Part shown: piece by piece, positions 27,800-40,781 of the stretch
Layout: the number at the start of each line of letters is the position of its first letter
Position numbering within the stretch: position 1 is the first letter of the stretch
Assembly: GCF_006345805.1 (NCBI RefSeq)
Contig: NC_043000.1
Location: 19,034,001 to 19,098,000 of the forward strand
Source: Octopus sinensis
Taxonomy: Eukaryota
Direction of reading: 5' to 3'
Length of the DNA stretch: 64,000 bases
Made by a program: the position numbers and the translations under genes
Notes under the pieces: generated by a model
Database searches by the model: none
What the model was told of the DNA's origin: nothing
The model's input: the letters and a program-made list of their open reading frames with translations, nothing else

Positions 27800-28465
27800 T
27801 GTATGTATGTATATATGTATGTATGTATGTATTCATGTATGTATGTATGTATGTACGCTTGAGAGTCAACGGCCATCCAATAAATGTCTTAAGGCTGTAT
27901 CATGCGCCGAGACAGAAATAATCAGACTGAATACCCTATCGCGCGGTTAAGCCATTGGGAGTGAAGGACTCCTAGCCTTTGTTAGGGCATCCTTCTAGGG
28001 GAAGGTAACTCAGGTAACTAGGATAACTCCAACATAAAACCTGCGGCTCAGTGGTTACCGATGATGTTGACTTGTTCTTCTTTTCGGATTATGGCTGCTG
28101 TTGCTTAGTGAGTGGGATTGACTCAGTGCACAGCCTTTCCTCACTTGAAAAAAAGTCTTCTTGCACAGGCATTGCGCGATAACAACATTGATTAAGCTTC
28201 ATGCAATGGCCATACTCGATAACGAGGGGGCAGCCACCATGTATGTATGTATGTATGTATGTATGTATGTATGTATGTATGTATGTATGTATGTATGTAT
28301 GTATGTATGTATGTATGTATGTATGTATGTATATATGTATGCATGTATGTATGTATGTACGTGTGTATGTATGTATGTGTGTGTATGTATGTATGTATGT
28401 GTATATGTATGTATATGTATGTATGTATGTATGTATGTGTATATGTATGTATATATGTATGTATG

Positions 28466-28498
<33 letters not shown>

Positions 28499-28617
28499 GT
28501 GTGTGTATGTATGCATGTATGTATGTATGTATGTATGTATGTATGTATGCATGTATGTATGCATGTATGTATGTATGTATGTACGTGTGTATGTATGTAT
28601 GTATGTATGTGTGTATG

Positions 28618-28651
<34 letters not shown>

Positions 28652-28685
28652 TGTATGTATGTATGTATGTATGTGTGTGTGTATG
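27686..28685. repeat. (TATG)n microsatellite blocks 27686-27855 and 28239-28685; similar blocks at 42628-42845, 43845-44000, 54480-54930
   Basis: Direct inspection; source of the MYVC/HTYI pseudo-ORFs. Confidence 0.95.
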
Positions 28686-28746
28686 TAAGTGTTAAACTAT
28701 GCGAATGACATTTTGTGCTTAACTGCTTGAGACAGATTTCTCTTAC

Positions 28747-28898
28747 CCTTTTGTGAATAGATGATACTCGAACCTTCTCGCTGCATTTCTGTCTCATCGA
28801 TCCAAAAGAGATTTTTCCTTATTTGATTACCAGAACTCCGCCATACAAACAGATTTCTTACGTTATCGTTGACCGTTGCATCTGTGTACCACTGCAAA
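28747..28898 (-). CDS. Cont: Contactin coding exon 4, C-type lectin (SLQWYTDA...IIYSQK)
   Basis: cttAG acceptor gives phase-2 continuity (AG+T=Ser); G|GTAAGA donor; 152 nt. Confidence 0.85.
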
Positions 28899-31388
28899 CT
28901 AAGTTCAAACATTTATGCATGCATATATATAATTATTGATTGATTTATTTTTCATTAGACTCAAGACTAATTAAAGAAAGAAGTCAATATTTTCTTACGT
29001 CTTTACTGCCCACTAGGGGCTACACACAGAGGGGACAAACAAGGACAGACAAAACGATTAAGTCGACTATATCGACCCCAGTGCGTGACTGGTACTTATT
29101 TAATCGACCCCGAAAGGATGAAAGGCAAAGTCGACCTCGGCGGAATTTGAACTCAGAATGTAGCGACAAACGAAATACTGCTAGGTATTTCGCCCAGTGT
29201 GCTAACGTTTCTGCCAGCTCGCCGCCTTTCAGTCAATATTTTCTAGCATAGACACAAGGTACGATGCACTAGGCACAAAGTATTTTATTTTATTCACCCT
29301 AGAAATTATTGAGTCAACGAGACTTACATTTTATTTTACGAATAGTAAATTATCGAAATGCAGAATAAATGAGAGGGTACATGAACGAAGACCATATGTT
29401 CATCATACATAAATTAATGCTATGGTGAATATTGATTTTAGAGTGGCTGGAAAATAAGTCTGTATAACATTCAATTACGTGTCACGGATATTAGCGACTT
29501 AAGAGATATGAAGATGTTATAGTCCGGAAATTCGTCTAGTGACAACATTCAAAGCCAATTTTTAGTATACAGGAAACAATTAACTAAAAATATTTCTATA
29601 TATTATTTGTTTAACACAGCCTAGTGGTGGTAAGTTGCTGGTAAGTTGTGTCTGGGACACATGTTCGATTCTAGGGTCGGTTATTTCACTTAATTTATCA
29701 TTACAACACTGACTTGTAGATGGTGTTAATGATACCGCGATGAAAAATAAGCTCCGTTTGGGATGAACTTTTTTGACACTCTTCATGAAAATGTAGTTTC
29801 TTTAGAAGTGAGTCAACATCATGATATTGATCATGGATGAAATAAAAGAAGAGGTAGCTCTGATACTATTTGAACTCATTTGATATATCGAGTAAAGGAT
29901 TCAGTTTAGTTCTCTACTGTCTCTGGTCCATAATATAATTAAAAGAATAACAATGTACTAATTATTGTCACAGTAGCTGGGACAAAAAAGGAGATTATTA
30001 GTTGTTTGTTCCTTCTCGAGCCATGCCAGGCTCATAGGGCCGGTTTCCCGGTTTCCTTGGTGTATAGGTTCCCCACCTGGACGGGAAGCCGGTCCGTCGC
30101 AGGTAAGCTGCAGGAGGAAAGAGTGAGAGAAAGTTGTGGCGAAAGAGTCAGCAGAAGTTCACCATTACCTTCTGCCGAAGCCGCGTGGAGATTAGGTGTT
30201 TCGCACATAAACACACACATCGCCCGGTCTGAGATTCGAACCCGCGATCCCTCGACCGAGAATCCGCCTCCACAGATTATTAGTTAGAGTGATATAAAAT
30301 CAGATAAGGTCCTATTTCCCGATTTCTTCCACATTGTTGTTTCTATCACGTGTTCCTATATATTTATGATGTAAATCATTTTCCTCGAATTTTAGTTACG
30401 ATGTAACTTTCAGTTTACCTTAGTTATTGATGATTTTACTCTGTGGTTATATTTTTAAAGGTCAATAAACTATTAAAACTTTGGGATTCAGTTCAATCGA
30501 TTTATTACTTCTCTGTGAATATAAACTTTTATGCCAATGTAAGTGATTATCATTATTTTCTGTTGATAAGACGGCGAGTTGGTTGAATCATTTGTACGCC
30601 GGACAAAATGCTTAGTGGTATGTCGTCCCCGTCTTTATTTTCAGAGTTCAAATGTCACCGAGGCCGACTTTGCCTTTCATTCTTTCAAAGTCTATAAAAT
30701 AAGTACCAGTTGAGCTCTGGGGTCGATGCAATCAACTAACCTCCTCCCAACACTTTCAGGCCTTCTGTCTGTAGTATAAAGGATTATTTTGAACAGGGAT
30801 ACATACAGATATGTTATGTTTACATTTTATAAATAATGATATCATCACAATTGTTCCCCATCTATTACAGTTCTCACAACAAGTTGTGCTACTGTGGACA
30901 ACGTGGGATTTGAACAGGTACCGTAACACATCTCATCATATCTCACAAATTTGTCTTTCCACTTGCTTGAATTGGTAGTTTATTTCTCGACCTCAAACTG
31001 ATGAAAAACCAAGTTGATACGACGGAATTTGAACTTAGAACGCAAGAAGAAAGATCAAATATTATTCTTTGAGACGCGCTAACCACTCTGCAAATGCTCT
31101 GTAATAAGATTTTAACATGTTGGACTTACTAGAAATAACAGTCAAATCTTCCTCAACGGTGACTTGTATCTGGGATAATGTAGTCTAAGTTTACTAGTAA
31201 CATTATACCTTAAACAAAGAGGAGATGATCACAGCTTGAGCTCCTTCGATTATTGGTCAGTCTGATTAAAGCTGATTTGAAGCTTATCAACAACAAAAAC
31301 AACATCAACAACAACAATAGAACCAGTAATTTTATCAGCCACAACAACAACAATGTCAAAAATAAAATATGAAACTAGAAAATCGTAC

Positions 31389-31471
31389 CTCCGAGAATAT
31401 TGCTTTATCTTGCTTTTTATAAATTCATTTTCAGCAAAGTCTTCAACCTTAACTAAAGCTGCTCCATCAAG
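31389..31471 (-). CDS. Cont: Contactin coding exon 3, C-type lectin (LDGAALVKVEDFAENEFIKSKIKQYSR)
   Basis: Not in the ORF track. tttttacAG acceptor, AG|GTACGA donor; 83 nt, phase 0 to 2; typical lectin helix-2 motif. Confidence 0.88.
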
Positions 31472-32461
31472 CTGTAAAAATCACACAAATTTTAAGGGAA
31501 ATGTTTAGTTTAAACTGTGCTGTAAGCAGTACATTTGGTTTCTCTTCAAAAGTAGACTTTGGTTTCACAAACATAAACATAAACACAAGCTAGCTTAACA
31601 TGTTGGTGTTTTTTTTGTTCTTGCCTTGATTCAAATCTTGCCTTGATTCAAATGGAGTAGGCCTTTGATTAAAAACACTCCAACGATGACAATCTTGTCT
31701 GTTTAGATGTAATAAAATATTGTCTACTATATCCCTTCCATAAAATAAAGTATGAATTCATTTGAAGAAGTTTGGGTACTATTTCTTGCGGTTTTTAGGA
31801 GCACTTAGGTTTGTGTATAAAAGCCAGATTTTGGATTAATTTAGAAGTAGTGGTTTAGAGACGGGGAAACAGCTTGCTATAGAGATGTGGAAAAAGCTTA
31901 TTATAGAGACGTGGAAACAACATACGAGTACAAGTGCAGTCAATTGAAAACTCCGCATCCCAGATGTCAGTAGGTTTCAGAGGTCATCAGGAAAAAGTGC
32001 ACATTGTTTCTGTGTCTTCCTCTCGATAGTTTTACAGCGCACTGACCCCCTCGTTGATGTGAGACCTCACCCACTGTTTCGATTGACTGAAATTCGACTT
32101 CAAGTTCATTTCTGGATCATCACTTCTCCAGCCAGGTAACATCATTCTTATTCAGCCATGTCCAATGGCTTACCCTTTCGACTGTCACCTAGATCCCTTT
32201 CAAGATGGTATTTACTTGCCGATGTTGGATACCAATTTATAGCAGCCACTGTATCTATCTAGTTCCAATAAGACCCTTGCAGACTGAATGGTACTGGCGC
32301 TGCGCTGTTTAATATGCTTGATTGAACTGTGTTTCTATACATAGCTGTAAATATATGTGATCCTATATCAGTAGAATCTACAGGAATACAGGAATTTATT
32401 AATGGTGTGATATCTACAAAAGCATAATAGACGCATCAGTGCTAACAACAACAACAGCAGC

Positions 32462-32498
<37 letters not shown>

Positions 32499-32523
32499 TA
32501 ATAATAATAATAATAGTAATAAT

Positions 32524-32730
32524 AGGAATCCGCTGAAGAAAAAAGTCGGAAGGGTCTATGGGGATGGGGCTCAGCTCCCTGTATGAGCAAAGGACAAAAT
32601 TTGATCCCCCTAGAACCTTCCCAGAGTAATGAAAAACCTTCATTCCAAATTTAGTACAGATTGATCCAGCGGTTTGGCTGTGCATAGAGGAAACACACAC
32701 ACAGACACACTGAATTTTATAGATATAGAT
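32524..32730 (-). mobile_element. Possible second Helitron-like family fragment (a similar TCTCTATATATAAAG start occurs at 668, +)
   Basis: TCTATATCTATAAAA start followed by a GTGTCTGTGTGT motif; 3' end not found. Confidence 0.4.
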
Positions 32731-33034
32731 TTACAGTTCGGCTGAACATTTTCTATCATACAACGATATAGGGCACGTTAGAAAGAGGCACGTTCATATT
32801 ACATACACTACAGCTATTATTTCCCTTTTTACGCATCAACGATTAAAACCGGTCTGATTGATTAGAACCTGACCTGGTATTAAACAACAGTTCTTTAAAA
32901 AAAAGTACTTAAAGGCTGAAACTCAGTGTTAGCTTTTTCTGGAATCTCATTCATAAGTTACAGTAAAATTGGCAAACTGGAATCCATAGTTTTATGGCTT
33001 GTTCATAAGATATCTTTGAGAAAATATACATTAC

Positions 33035-33129
33035 CTTACAAGCCAAGCTCGCTTCATGAAAATTTTTTTTCGGATATCTAACATATTTATAACAATGATT
33101 TATATATGTTTCCCATCCTGATGGACAAT
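33035..33129 (-). CDS. Cont: Contactin coding exon 2, C-type lectin start (DCPSGWETYINHCYKYVRYPKKNFHEASLACK)
   Basis: cacAG acceptor, AAG|GTAA donor, CPxGW...CY...A..AC lectin motif; 95 nt, phase 1 to 0. Confidence 0.92.
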
Positions 33130-33329
33130 CTGTGAAAAACAAAAACAATAGTAATAATAATGGCTTCAAATTTTGGCACAAGGCCAGCAATTTCGTGGGG
33201 AGGATCTAAGTCGATTACAACGATTCCCGTGCTTATTTTTAACGACTCCGAAATTCGACCTCGGTGGAATTTGAACTAAAAACGTAAAGACGCACGAAAT
33301 GCATACATAAAGTTTATACACATAGTGGA

Positions 33330-33381
<52 letters not shown>

Positions 33382-33787
33382 TATATATAGATATATATAT
33401 GGGAATGGAAGCACTCCGTCGGTTACGACGACGAGGGTCCGGTTGATCCGAATCAACGGAACAGCCTGCTCGTGAAATTAACGTGTAAGTGGCTGAGCAC
33501 TCCACAGACACGTGTACCCTTAACGTAGTCCTCGGGGATATTCAGCGTGACACAGAGAGTGACAAGCCGGCCCTTTGAAATACAGGTACAACAGAAACAG
33601 GAAGTAAGAGTGAGAGAAAGTTGTGGTGAAAGAGTACAGCAGGGATCACCACCATCCCCTGCTGGAGCCTCGTGGAGCTTTTAGGTGTTTTCGCTCAATA
33701 AACACTCACAACGCCCGGTCTGGGAATCGAAACCGCGATCCTATGACCGCGAGTCCGCTGCCTTAACCACTGGGCCATTGCGCCACC

Positions 33788-33831
<44 letters not shown>

Positions 33832-35991
33832 ATGGGTGTGTGTGATTGTGTATAGAAGAATATATTAATAAAAAGAATTCCAACCTTGTCTGATTTTCAC
33901 GTTTTATTTACAATCTTATAATGAGATATTATAAGATAATATATTATAATTGAATAAAATAAAATGAAATAGTAGAATGTTAAATATTCATTCTGATTGA
34001 ACTAGTACTTTCATGCATTGAATTCTGCAATCTTCGGGTTCATGTAGTAGTGTTGACAGTCATGCTTCACAATTTTTGACTGTAGCAAGATGATTGATTC
34101 TGTGCTATAAATACAGCTGGGTAGGCTCCAGAGTGCTAGGTTTTGCAAACTGTATTCTGACCAATCAGTGTGTAGTATCACTCAATTACTTAAGCTGATT
34201 GGTTGGTTGAGCTGATTGGTTGAGGCGTCACGCTTTGTTGGACATGTCAAGAGTCCTGTATCTTAACCCTGGCCGAGGCAGCAATTGTTGGGTTATTTTA
34301 GAAATGTTGTAAATATCCTTTGTCAGAGATTTTTATATTTTTATATTTCAATTGTCATCATCATCATTGTCAGCACCTTAATTATTGTTGCTAGTGGTGA
34401 TGGTGGTGGCAATAGAACTTTTAACCCTAAATAAGATAATTTTCCTGCTATCTTCGTCTTGATCACCTTTAGTATTGTTGTTGTTGTTAGTGGTCATGGT
34501 CGTAGCAGTGGAAGTAATACCTCTAAGTATTATTATTATTATTATTGCTTATTTAGCTTGGGTTCGAATTTATCAATAAAATTCTTTTCTCTGATTTTCC
34601 TCTCGATTTCACTTGGGCTGTGTAATTTGTAGAATGGAAATATTATATATATTTTCCGACCACATGTTGCTAGGTGGTTACTCAAAGGTATCTGACGGAC
34701 CTCTGGGTCTCTAATCTGTTGCCGGTGTACACGTGAGCGTTCTAATAGTGCGTTTCCCGTCTGACCTACATATATTTCTTCACAATTTGGACATTTGATG
34801 CAGTAAATTAAATTTCTGCTTTTGCAGTTCATATTCGCGTTTGTGAATATTTTCCCGGTTTTTGTGTTTATATATTGACCGGTATGTATGAATTGGCATG
34901 TGCCACATCGCGGCTATCATTGCATTTAGATACCGTGAATGTTTGGTCTTTGTTGCTGAGGTCAAATTTTGCCTTTGTTAGTAATGTTTTCAAGTTTTTA
35001 GGCTGTCTTTTACTAAGCACCATAGCTCGATCCGTGATTATGTCTTTTAATTCATTACTTTGGGCAATGATTGGTAGGTTTGCTTTGGCAATGTTGAAGA
35101 TATTCTGGTGACATGGGTTGTGTGTCACTATGAATGGTATGACTTGTTCTTGTTTTCCTCTTCCTTGGTTGTCCTAAGTTGTTGTATAGGTATTTTTATA
35201 GCCCGCTGTATGCCATTTTCTATAAGTAGAGATGGGTATTTTTGTTTGAGCAAAAATTCTCTTAGTTCTATTAGGCGTTTGTTCCTGATATTTGCATCTT
35301 CTACAATAGTACAAATTCTTCTGGCTAGGCAGTATGGGATGTTACGTTTTGTATGTGGTGTGGCACGACTTAAAATTTAGGTATTGATGTGTGTCTGTGT
35401 GTTTATAGTATATATCTGTGGTGATGGTGGTGTCTTTTTTAATTACCATTATATCCAGGAATGGTAATTTGGTACTACTCATCTCCTTTGTAAATTGGAG
35501 AGATGGGTGTAGGTTGTTCAGGAGGATATTGAACTCTTCCAGAGTATTTAGAGATTCTGTCCAGATTATGAAACAGTCGTCTAGGTATCTCTTCCATGCC
35601 TTTTCAATATACTTTCTAAACCCAGTGCCATAGTTTACCTCCACCTCTTGGTAGAGTTGTTCTTCTAAGTATCCCATTACAGAGTTGGCGTAAACGGGAG
35701 CAAACCTCGTTCCCATCGCCGTGCCTCTAATTTGGATGTAATTCTTTCCATTGAAGAAGAATGTGTTATTTTCTAGAATAAGCTTGACTGTGTCTAATAT
35801 AAATGGCACTGTGAATCTGCTGGGAATCACTTCTCTATGTTTTCTAACCAGTATTTAATCGCCTTTATTCCTAAATCGTGTGGAATATTGGTGTAGAGGC
35901 TTACCACATCAAAACTTAGTAAAACTGAATTTGTTTCTGTTGTTTTGGGAAGATGGGACAGGAAGTCGATGTCATCCCTGATGAAACATCC

Positions 35992-36439
35992 CTGCTTCGG
36001 CCAGGGTCAAGATACAGGACTCTTGACATGTCCAACAAAGCGTGATGCCTAAACCAATCAGCTCAACCAACCAATCAGCTTAAGTAATTGAGTGATACTA
36101 CACACTGATTGGTCAGAATACAGTTTGCAAAACCTAGCACTCTGGAGCCTACCCAGCTGTATTTATAGCACATCAATCAATCATCTTGCTACAGTCAAAA
36201 ATTGTGAAGCATGACTGTCAACACTACTACATGAACCCGAAGATTGCAGAATTCAATGCATGAAAGTACTAGTTCAATCAGAATGAATATTTAACATTCT
36301 ACTATTTCATTTTATTTTATTCAATTATAATATATTATCTTATAATATCTCATTATAAGATTGTAAATAAAACGTGAAAATCAGACAAGGTTGGAATTCT
36401 TTTTATTAATATATTCTTCTATACACAATCACACCACCC
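35992..36439 (+). repeat. 5' pseudo-LTR of the Penelope-like element (equals 40252-40698 and, inverted, about 33834-34280)
   Basis: About 447-bp direct repeat; CCAAT motifs at 36054, 36071 and 36108 (reverse), TATTTATA at 36160-36167, hammerhead-like motif at 36232-36276, (TA)5 at its end. Confidence 0.9.
36232..36276 (+). ncRNA. Minimal hammerhead-like motif in the pLTR (U4C variant); identical at 40490-40534 (+) and 33998-34042 (-)
   Basis: UGAAC / CCGAAGA / U-UGCA-loop-UGCA-U / GAAA / GUAC / UA / GUUCA. PLE pLTRs are known to carry minimal hammerheads. Confidence 0.65.
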
Positions 36440-38258
36440 TATATATATATTCTATATTCCTATTGTGTATATGCCAACATGTCTGGAAAGCAACAAACAA
36501 AATTAACAGAATCAGAAAGAATTCTAATGGAAATTTCATCGAAATTATCAACACTCATCACGATGATTGACACACAATCCTCTATTTTAAAGGAAATAGA
36601 AAAACAGTCTACAGACGGAAAACTTGGAAATGAACACATAAACTCTGAAATTAAGAATTTAGCTGAAATGATACCAACAATTATAAAATCTACAAGAGAA
36701 AGCCTACCACAACCTCCTTGGATGTCAAAATAAACGAAAGAAATCTGGAAAAAGAGGCACACCGAAAAAGAGAAGAGATACAGAAGACATGGAAAAAACT
36801 CCTTAACATAAGAAAACAAAACTTCTGGAAGGCATATAAATGCGAAAAATATGCTGAAATACATTCGAAATGGATATCTTTAGCGGCACCCATACTTCCT
36901 CGGAAGTACCTAATTAAAGAAATTGCAGGAGAACCAGAGGAAGAAACTAAACTTCGATGGGACCTTAGTTTGATAAAATCAGGACCGACATCTCCATTAC
37001 CCTGTCTAAACAATCCCGCTACAAAGCCAAATACGAAGCTATCGATGATCAAATCAGAGATGAAATATCCAAACTAACGACCGGCAATATAGCAGAAAAA
37101 ATGCGAGAACTATGGATCAGAGATATCTCAAAAGAAGAAAGCAGATCCAGAAAGTTTTGGCAGCGGAAACAATTATTTCTCGACAAATATGCTACAAACT
37201 ACGGTAAAGACAACAGAGCTCCGAGAAATAGCATTAAAAGTGGACAACCTCACCAACGCAACATACACCAGAACACGTGGCAACATGAACACCTGTTTCA
37301 CCACGAATCGAAGACGAACTACGGTAAGAACTCTTCCCATTTTGTATGCGAACACCCCAATGCACACAACAGGAACAAAAAGCACAAACAAAATAGATAT
37401 TGTTTTGAACAGACCATTAGCAGTAGAAATAACAGATCATTTTCAAGACCTCAACAGAGATTACCCACAAGAAACTGGACAAAAAACCGATCTAGATCTA
37501 GAAGTAAACCCAGATCATTTCTCCAGGTGGTTAAAAACAATGCTAACAAGAAATTGAAAAGTAGCATACATAATACCAAAAACAAGACAGAAAACATAAC
37601 GAAACCAAGTAAAGTACCACAACCAAAACGCAAAATTCATCAAGCAAACATCAACAGGAATATAAATCATAACCAGAAAAAAATCCATTTTTTTACGTCA
37701 GGACAACAAACACCGGAGAAAGAAAAAATCCAAGAGGAAACATACCCCAAACAACTGAACGTATAGATCCTAAAATAATTAATTTATCAAAAAGAGATTT
37801 TGACAATGATGAAATCCAACTTCTGTCAAAAGGACTGAAATTCACACCTACACCAACAGCCAACCACCAAGAATTAAAGGAGGATATCCAAAAATTCTGT
37901 CGAAAATTACGACTTGTAGAATTCTTCGCTAACAAAAGTAATGAGATTGATGAATCCCTAGTAAGGAATAAATCAAATTTCACCCCACCAAAAGGAAGAA
38001 ATAACTACCTTGACCAATACATTGACATCCTGTCTAAATTTCCCCTTAGACGCAATACCAATGTTAGGCCCAACATTAGCAAATCAGAGATGTCTGCATG
38101 TAAACGTATACAAAACGATCAAACAATATAATTAAACAAGCAGATAAAGGTGGTGCAATTGTTTTTATGGATACCGAATACTATAAGGATTTGGTTGAAG
38201 ACCACTGAAGGATACAACCTTCTATTGTGAAATACCCGCAAATATAGACCACCACATC

Positions 38259-39992
38259 ATGAAAAAGATCAACAACCTGATTTCAACACACCACAACTCA
38301 CTTACGGATAATGAAAAAGACTACATCACCAATTTTGAACCAAAACCCAGCAACTTCTACGGCTTACCAAAAATACAAAATCAAAACATTCAACAGGCAG
38401 TAAAAGAACAAGAAAGTGAGTACATTAAATTATTACATCCAAAAGACCTAAAACTTAGACCTATTATAGCTGGTCCAGCATGCCCTACACACCGTCTAAG
38501 CAATTTTATTGACATTGTTTTGAAACCACTATGTACTTACATACCAAGTTTCATCAGGGATGACATCGACTTCCTGTCCCATCTTCCCAAAACAACAGAA
38601 ACAAATTCAGTTTTACTAAGTTTTGATGTGGTAAGCCTCTACACCAATATTCCACACGATTTAGGAATAAAGGCGATTAAATACTGGTTAGAAAAACATA
38701 GAGAAGTGATTCCCAGCAGATTCACAGTGCCATTTATATTAGACACAGTCAAGCTTATTCTAGAAAATAACACATTCTTCTTCAATGGAAGAATTACATC
38801 CAAATTAGAGGCACGGCGATGGGAACGAGGTTTGCTCCCGTTTACGCCAACTCTGTAATGGGATACTTAGAAGAACAACTCTACCAAGAGGTGGAGGTAA
38901 ACTATGGCACTGGGTTTAGAAAGTATATTGAAAAGGCATGGAAGAGATACCTAGACGACTGTTTCATAATCTGGACAGAATCTCTAAATACTCTGGAAGA
39001 GTTCAATATCCTCCTGAACAACCTACACCCATCTCTCCAATTTACAAAGGAGATGAGTAGTACCAATTACCATTCCTGGATATAATGGTAATTAAAAAAG
39101 ACAAACCACCACCCACAGATAATACTATAAACACACAGACACACATCAATACCTAAATTTTAAGTCGTGCCATCCACCACATACAAAACGTAACATCCCA
39201 TACTGCCTAGCCAGAAGAATTTGTACTATTGTAGAAGATGCAAATATCAGGAACAAACGCCTAATAGAACTAAGAGAATTTTTGCTCAAACAAAAATACC
39301 CATCTCTACTTATAGAAAATGGCATACAGCGGGCTATAAAAATACCTATACAACAACTTAGGACAACCCAAGGAAGAGGAAAACAAGAACAAGTCATACC
39401 ATTCATAGTGACACACAACCCATGTCACCAGAATATCTTCAACATTGCCAAAGCAAACCTACCAATCATTGCCCAAAGTAATGAATTAAAAGACATAATC
39501 ACGGATCGAGCTATGGTGCTTAGTAAAAGACAGCCTAAAAACTTGAAAACATTACTAACAAAGGCAAAATTTGACCTCAGCAACAAAGACCAAACATTCA
39601 CGGTATCTAAATGCAATGATAGCCGATGTGGCACATGCCAATTCATACATACCGGTCAATATATAAACACAAAAACCGGGAAAATATTCACAAACGCGAA
39701 TATGAACTGCAAAAGCAGAAATTTAATTTACTGCATCAAATGTCCAAATTGTGAAGAAATATATGTAGGTCAGACGGGAAACGCACTATTAGAACGCTCA
39801 CGTGTACACCGGCAACAGATTAGAGACCCAGAGGTCCGTCAGATACCTTTGAGTAACCACCTAGCAACATGTGGTCGGAAAATATATATAATATTTCCAT
39901 TCTACAAATTACACAGCCCAAGTGAAATCGAGAGGAAAATCAGAGAAAAGAATTTTATTGATAAATTCGAACCCAAGCTAAATAAGCAATAA
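38259..39992 (+). pseudogene. PLE reverse transcriptase C-terminal part + GIY-YIG endonuclease (split by 1-bp indels)
   Basis: ORFs 38259-38858, 38819-39085 and 39282-39992 are consecutive parts of one protein; the inverted copy (35342-35830) reads through some of these breaks. Confidence 0.9.
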
Positions 39993-40718
39993 TAATAATA
40001 TATACTTAGAGGTATTACTTCCACTGCTACGACCATGACCACTAACAACAACAACAAAACTAAAGGTGATCAAGACGAAGATAGCAGGAAAATTATCTTA
40101 TTTAGGGTTAAAAGTTCTATTGCCACCACCATCACCACTAGCAACAATAATTAAGGTGCTGACAATGATGATGATGACAATTGAAATATAAAATATAAAA
40201 ATCTCTGACAAAGGATATTTACAACATTTCTAAAAATAACCCAACAATTGCTGCTTCGGCCGGGGGTCAAGATACAGGACTCTTGACATGTCCAACAAAG
40301 CGTGATGCCTAAACCAATCAGCTCAACCAACCAATCAGCTTAAGTAATTGAGTGATACTACACACTGATTGGTCAGAATACAGTTTGCAAAACTAGCACT
40401 CTGGAGCCTACCCAGCTGTATTTATAGCACAGAATCAATCATCTTGCTACAGTCAAAAATTGTGAAGCATGACTGTCAACACTACTACATGAACCCGAAG
40501 ATTGCAGAATTCAATGCATGAAAGTACTAGTTCAATCAGAATGAATATTTAACATTCTACTATTTCATTTTATTTTATTCAATTATAATATATTATCTTA
40601 TAATATCTCATTATAAGATTGTAAATAAAACGTGAAAATCAGACAAGGTTGGAATTCTTTTTATTAATATATTCTTCTATACACAATCACACACACCCAT
40701 ATATATATATAATATATA

Positions 40719-40781
<63 letters not shown>

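Larger units (their letters stand above)
33834..40698 (+). mobile_element. Penelope-like retroelement (Neptune-like): inverted 5'-truncated copy + pLTR + full-length body + pLTR
   Basis: Frameshifted ORF from ATG 36479 to 39992 with PLE RT motifs (KIINLS..KGLKFTPTP, KQADKGGA, SFDVVSLYTNIP, RYLDDCF), a Cys linker CNDSRCGTC and a GIY-YIG nuclease (NLIYCIKC..C..YVGQTG..L.ER). 33834-35987 is the reverse complement of 38548-40698; (TA)n on both sides. Confidence 0.93.

Noticed and set aside
37770-38260. In-frame stops in the PLE as programmed recoding or selenocysteine
   Set aside because: They disappear when single-base indels are assumed (for example near 38200); error or decay is simpler.
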